This document shows positions 59,764 to 64,000 of a stretch of 64,000 nt of DNA, piece after piece. The DNA is from Bdellovibrionales bacterium RIFOXYD12_FULL_39_22. Its GTDB lineage: Bacteria; Bdellovibrionota; Bacteriovoracia; Bacteriovoracales; Bacteriovoracaceae. The DNA lies in the NCBI GenBank assembly GCA_001770205.1, contig MEQL01000039.1:10787-74786 (forward strand), written 5' to 3'. Each line of letters opens with the position of its first letter. The first letter of the stretch is position 1. A program made the translations under genes and the position numbers. The notes beneath the pieces were generated by a model that was not told the origin of the DNA, did not search any database, and saw nothing but the letters and a program-made list of their open reading frames with translations.

Positions 59764-62606
59764 TGGTTGTTGAAAAAATCATCATCTTCCATTGTAGATT
59801 GATTCTCTTTTTCAGGGAGAAGCAATGGAGTTGTCTCTTGATCCGTTTTTGGTAAATCTTCTAGCACAGACAAAACATCTTCACTTTTGGGTTCCGTTCC
59901 CTCAACAAAGGCCTCAGTAAAACTGGCCGCTTCATCACCTTTGGATAGTTTTCCAGTCTTTTTATCGATGCGAACATGAACAATTCCGTCAGGGATTTTA
60001 TAGTCATACTCCCCTAGTTTAGCGATGGCAGCTTTCATATATACGGACCACACCGGCAAAGAGGCCATTGCTCCAGTTTGTCCCCAGCCCATCGGATTGT
60101 TATTATCAAGGCCAGTCCAAACCCCAGTTGCAATATTAGAAGTAAATCCGATGAACCAAGCGTCAACGAAATTATTTGTTGTTCCTGTTTTTCCGCCGAT
60201 AAACTGGCCAACATCTTTGGCGTTATGTCCAGTTCCATGCAAAATTACGCCTCGAAGAAGATTTGTCATCAAATAGGATAATCGAGGATCATAGACTTGA
60301 TCACCACGCAAATTTTGAGTAAAAGGATTTGGCCGTTCACTCAAAGATGATGACGGAGTGGGAATAGCGCTAGCATCTGTCAGCGTTGATACAGCGCCAT
60401 TTTTCTCTTCCGGCCCTTTGGCATTATTATCACTATCGTCTTCTTGGCCATCGGTAACAGCGGTATCTTTTGGCATTTCTCGTTCTTTGATTTTTCGAAG
60501 CTTTTCATCTTCGGGAACAACGTAGTTCGTTCCATCACGATCGACGATAGAGATAATTGATTTAATATCCGTGACGCGGCCACCATTGGGGAAAATAGAA
60601 TAAGCCGAAACAAGTTCAGTAAGCGTTACGCCAAAAGACCCCAAAGAAAGGCTTAGATCATTATCCATTTTTACGTTGAGAGTTAGGCGATCGACGAAAG
60701 AAAAAATTTTAGGAACTGTTATCTCTTCAACAATTTTCACTGTTGGAACGTTTCGACTTTGTTCGAGGGCCGCTCGAAAAGTAACCGGCCCTTTGAATTG
60801 GCCATCGTAGTTTCGCGGCTTCCAATTTAGATTATCTGTCCCACTTCCTAAGGCCTCGGGGGAGTCCATAATAATTGTGCTGGGAGTAAAGCCATTTTCT
60901 AGCCCGGCGGCATAGAGAATTGGTTTAAAAGAAGAGCCTGGTTGTCGAAGCGATTGAAGAGCACGGTTAAATTGTGACTTTTCAAAATCAACTCCTCCCA
61001 CCATGGAGATTACCTCTCCCGTTTTGGGAACAATCGAAAAAAGGGCCGCTTGAATATCCGGTGTCTGATCAAGAGTGCATAGCACATAGCGTTCCTTTTT
61101 AAGAAGCTCAAGCTCCTTATCTTTTTCCAAAGTAGTGGTGACAGATTTATTTAAATATCCCCAAACACCTGTAGTTTTATTTAAAACTTTAACTAAAACA
61201 AGATCACCTCTTTTAACAATGGAGGAGGCACGATTTACAGGAGGTATATCAACACGTTTGTCAGTAATAATTCGTTCATGGGCCCAATTGAAATTTTCAT
61301 TGGGAATTATCCCAATGATGCCACCAATATTTACATAAATCATTTTACCGTTATCATCTACATTTTCGACTACTGCTTGATACGTTTTGCTTTCCTCCAG
61401 AAATTCCAAAAAGGGATCGTCGGCCAAATTACCCAGATGAATTTTTCTGGCAGTTAATCCGCTATCAGTTTGCGCCAATCGTTCTGGAGAAAGAAATTTT
61501 TGTTTTTCTTCATCGGTAAGCGGAATTTCTAAAAGTTTTTGATATTCGTCAGTAATAATAAAATATTGTGAGCGTTCAGCATATTGTGTTTCTCGATAGT
61601 TTATTAAAAATTCTCTAATTTTCTCATCATTTTCTAAATGGCCAATTGGCCCTTTATATCCCAGTTTTTTATCTATGGCCTGCGCTCCCAGATAAGATTC
61701 CCGTTCGGCCAACTGTTGCAATTCCCAATCGAGAGTGGTCAAGACTTTGAATCCACCTGTTTTAAATTGGTCCTCACCGACAACATCAATCACGCGTTGT
61801 CGAACCCAATCGGTAAAATATCCGGCCTTGAAGGGTTGTGGCTTTCGAATTCTATACTGGGTTTTTTCAGTTAGTGCTAGCTCATATTCAGATTGACTAA
61901 TTTTTCCAGTGGAGAGCATCCGATTTAAAACATAAGATTGTCGTTCTTTGGCGTATGAAGGATTTACATAGGGTGAGTATTTTGTTGGGGCAACTAATAA
62001 TCCGGCAACCATGGCGCTTTCGGCAATGGTTGCTTCGGATAATTCTTTTCCAAAATATCCGCGAAATGCCGATTTGACTCCGTAGTAGCCCCCACCCAAA
62101 TATACTTGATTCATGTATAGAAAAAGAATTTCTTCTTTAGTGAATTTTTTTTCAATTCGCTGTGCCAAGAGAATATCTTTAATTTTTCGTTCAATAGATC
62201 GCTCACGAGTTAACAGCAATGATTTTGCAACTTGCTGGGTGATGGTGCTTCCTCCCTGGGCCACTTTCCCACCGCGAATATTTTTTATTAAGGCGCGAAA
62301 CATGCCCATGTAGTCAATTCCACTGTGTTGATAAAAGTTATCATCTTCTGCAGACAAGAAAGCATTGATGACATTTGGGGGAATGTCTTCAATGGCAACA
62401 ACTTCTCGATCCTCTAATCCAATTTCGGCCAGCACAGTCCCATCACGGGCCAAGATTTTAGATGCCAGCGGTGGACGGTAGTCTGCTAAGGTAGAAATCT
62501 GAGGTAGTCCAAAAGAAAAATATATAAGCAGAAGGACTGCAACAACCACTCCGGAAATAGTTAGGCCAAGAAAAATCCAGGCCGCTTTTATTAAATTTTG
62601 CTTCAT
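59760..62606 (-). CDS. mrcA: Class A penicillin-binding protein PBP1A (glycosyltransferase/transpeptidase)
   Basis: GT51 motifs SAEDDNFYQHSGID and GGSTITQQ. Transpeptidase motifs GSSFKP (SxxK) and KTGTTN. An inserted OB-like domain lies between the modules, followed by a long acidic C-tail. 948 aa. Confidence 0.92.
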   Translation of the reverse strand: MKQNLIKAAWIFLGLTISGVVVAVLLLIYFSFGLPQISTLADYRPPLASKILARDGTVLAEIGLEDREVVAIEDIPPNVINAFLSAEDDNFYQHSGIDYMGMFRALIKNIRGGKVAQGGSTITQQVAKSLLLTRERSIERKIKDILLAQRIEKKFTKEEILFLYMNQVYLGGGYYGVKSAFRGYFGKELSEATIAESAMVAGLLVAPTKYSPYVNPSYAKERQSYVLNRMLSTGKISQSEYELALTEKTQYRIRKPQPFKAGYFTDWVRQRVIDVVGEDQFKTGGFKVLTTLDWELQQLAERESYLGAQAIDKKLGYKGPIGHLENDEKIREFLINYRETQYAERSQYFIITDEYQKLLEIPLTDEEKQKFLSPERLAQTDSGLTARKIHLGNLADDPFLEFLEESKTYQAVVENVDDNGKMIYVNIGGIIGIIPNENFNWAHERIITDKRVDIPPVNRASSIVKRGDLVLVKVLNKTTGVWGYLNKSVTTTLEKDKELELLKKERYVLCTLDQTPDIQAALFSIVPKTGEVISMVGGVDFEKSQFNRALQSLRQPGSSFKPILYAAGLENGFTPSTIIMDSPEALGSGTDNLNWKPRNYDGQFKGPVTFRAALEQSRNVPTVKIVEEITVPKIFSFVDRLTLNVKMDNDLSLSLGSFGVTLTELVSAYSIFPNGGRVTDIKSIISIVDRDGTNYVVPEDEKLRKIKEREMPKDTAVTDGQEDDSDNNAKGPEEKNGAVSTLTDASAIPTPSSSLSERPNPFTQNLRGDQVYDPRLSYLMTNLLRGVILHGTGHNAKDVGQFIGGKTGTTNNFVDAWFIGFTSNIATGVWTGLDNNNPMGWGQTGAMASLPVWSVYMKAAIAKLGEYDYKIPDGIVHVRIDKKTGKLSKGDEAASFTEAFVEGTEPKSEDVLSVLEDLPKTDQETTPLLLPEKENQSTMEDDDFFNNQ

Positions 62607-62631
62607 TAGGTCTTGTCCTTTATCTAATCAT

Positions 62632-63654
62632 CTACAAATTAATATTTTCGCTTTGCTCTTCGGCAAAGGTTTTTTTCCACTCATTAATTTTTTCTTTTAT
62701 GGCCAAACTAAGAGGGCCAGCACTCTGATAACTTTTATCCAAAAGAGAGGGAATTTTGTTGGTGCTATCTAGCGGAATGTTGTCGGCCTCAACTAAAAAA
62801 TAGAGATCTGGCGAATTTTTTTCTCTTTGAATGACCGTAACAATTTTTCCCCAAACTCCAATAAAAAGATCACTTGCCCTTTGTAACGATATATTTCTTC
62901 CTAGTACATCTATACCCACAACAATATCCGCTCCCATTCTGGCAAATTCATCGCGAAAAAAAATATGCTTTAAATAAGCAGCTGAGTGTTTTAGGCCAAA
63001 TTTTTCACTATCGGCCTTGATTGGACTAGCGTTAGATAAAAGTGCGTTATAAAGATCCCCTTCGCGCAAATAGATTATCTCGCCGTCGCGACGGTCAGTC
63101 ACCGGTATTACTAGCGTAATTTTGCTATCCTCGATATTGGCATTTTTAAAATCGCTTAGTAACGTTTCAGAAAGAATTTGGAACCAATCAACAGAGTATG
63201 GCGTTATTTTAGAAACTTCTTTAAAAAATTTATAAAACTGCCATTCAATTTTGGCAGTTGTCACTCCGCGCGCATACATCGCCGCAATAATGGCCCCCAG
63301 CTCCATTCCGCAGATTATGTTGGGCCTAATTCCACTTTGTTCAAGCTTTTTTAAAACAGAAAGATGTGCCATTGAGCGGTATAGTCCTGGGCCTAAAATA
63401 ATGGCCAACGAAGGAGTTTTGGTAGTAGTGGACATTAAAGCGGAACTGTTTTCTTCATCAGTTTCATCTTTAACTTGCAGTCCGGCAACTACTGCGCGAT
63501 TAATTTCGACATTTTCCATCGAAGAAGTAAGCGAAAGAGAATCATTTATTTCCAGTGAAGAAGAAGTAGACGTATTATCAAAAGGAACGCTTAAGATAGT
63601 ATCTTGTTGTATGCGCTCACCTGTTTGATTAGCATTATCCTGTGTTGCAGGCAC
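62632..63654 (-). CDS. Patatin-like protein lacking the catalytic dyad; probably a lipoprotein with a non-canonical start further upstream (to ~63720/63732)
   Basis: Fold-level similarity to RssA-type patatins: ILGPGLYRSMAHLSVLKKLEQSGIRPNIICGMELGAIIAAMYA. The GGGxRG position reads GPGLYRS and GxSxG reads GMELG. In frame upstream of the GTG is KFKIIFSFLLLFSISC-SS, with no ATG/GTG/TTG. Confidence 0.55.
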   Translation of the reverse strand: MPATQDNANQTGERIQQDTILSVPFDNTSTSSSLEINDSLSLTSSMENVEINRAVVAGLQVKDETDEENSSALMSTTTKTPSLAIILGPGLYRSMAHLSVLKKLEQSGIRPNIICGMELGAIIAAMYARGVTTAKIEWQFYKFFKEVSKITPYSVDWFQILSETLLSDFKNANIEDSKITLVIPVTDRRDGEIIYLREGDLYNALLSNASPIKADSEKFGLKHSAAYLKHIFFRDEFARMGADIVVGIDVLGRNISLQRASDLFIGVWGKIVTVIQREKNSPDLYFLVEADNIPLDSTNKIPSLLDKSYQSAGPLSLAIKEKINEWKKTFAEEQSENINL

Positions 63655-63728
63655 ACTACTACAGCTGATACTAAAAAGTAGCAGGAAAGAAAAAATTATT
63701 TTAAATTTATAATTAAAAATAGAAAATG

Positions 63729-63977
63729 TTATATGAAATCCTCTTCTTTTAATTCACTTGTTAGCACGCTGATTTTTTTTTCAGCACTACCAAGTAAGCT
63801 CTTACAGTTTTTATAGAGGGCCACTCCCTCTTCAAAGTTTTTTAGCCCATCATCAAGAGATAGTTCTCCTGATTCTAATGCCCCAACTAGTTTTTCTAAC
63901 TTATCTAAGTATTTCTCAAAATCGGCCAAATGCAAGGAGCTGTCACTATTTTCTTTTTCGTTGACTCGTTTACTCAT
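63729..63977 (-). CDS. xseB: Exodeoxyribonuclease VII small subunit
   Basis: 82 aa with FEKYLDKLEKLVGALESGELSLDDGLKNFEEGVALYKNC, the XseB signature. Confidence 0.88.
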   Translation of the reverse strand: MSKRVNEKENSDSSLHLADFEKYLDKLEKLVGALESGELSLDDGLKNFEEGVALYKNCKSLLGSAEKKISVLTSELKEEDFI

Positions 63978-64000
63978 GATTAACTCCCGGTGTTTGTCAA

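Noticed and set aside
1-64000. Search for tRNA, rRNA, tmRNA, RNase P, SRP RNA and CRISPR repeats
   Set aside because: I found no T-loop (GGTTCGAATCC-like) or conserved ncRNA core strings, and no regularly spaced direct repeats in the intergenic regions. This was an eye scan only, so short ncRNAs could be missed.

Overview
AT-rich (about 40% GC by eye) chromosomal segment from a flagellated, menaquinone-using Gram-negative bacterium. The many secreted and outer-membrane proteins suggest a Bdellovibrionota/Oligoflexia-like lineage, but that is a low-confidence inference. About 80% of genes are on the minus strand. Recognisable core genes: flgB-flgC (flgC runs off the left edge), tldD-pmbA, menA-ubiE, trpS, the conserved secE-nusG-rplKAJL-rpoBC-rpsLG-fusA block (43.6 to 28.7 kb, minus strand), fabH, two PPIases, a 2019-aa alpha-2-macroglobulin-family protein, PBP1A and xseB. 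Envelope-oriented accessory modules sit between them. (i) An RND(COG1033)/GT4/MlaC-like/TolC-like locus, followed by a 4-gene outer-membrane operon that includes a triplicated-domain lipoprotein (15.5-25.5 kb). (ii) A TPR+beta-barrel/ECF sigma/anti-sigma/secreted-protein module fused to the end of the str operon where tuf normally sits (25.5-28.7 kb). (iii) A beta-barrel/TPR/small-protein trio upstream of secE (43.7-46.2 kb). (iv) A 1.5-kb insertion flanked by perfect 21-bp direct repeats, carrying a DUF4143-type AAA ATPase and an ISAzo13-like transposase remnant (58.2-59.8 kb). Several genes look like catalytically dead or decayed relatives of known families: a bEBP-like regulator without GAFTGA or the Walker B DE, a patatin-like protein without the Ser/Asp dyad or a canonical start codon, a deleted and frameshifted MCP, and an A2M without CxEQ. 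I saw no rRNA, tRNA, CRISPR array or intact IS. All family calls come from motifs read by eye in the supplied translations; no database search was possible.
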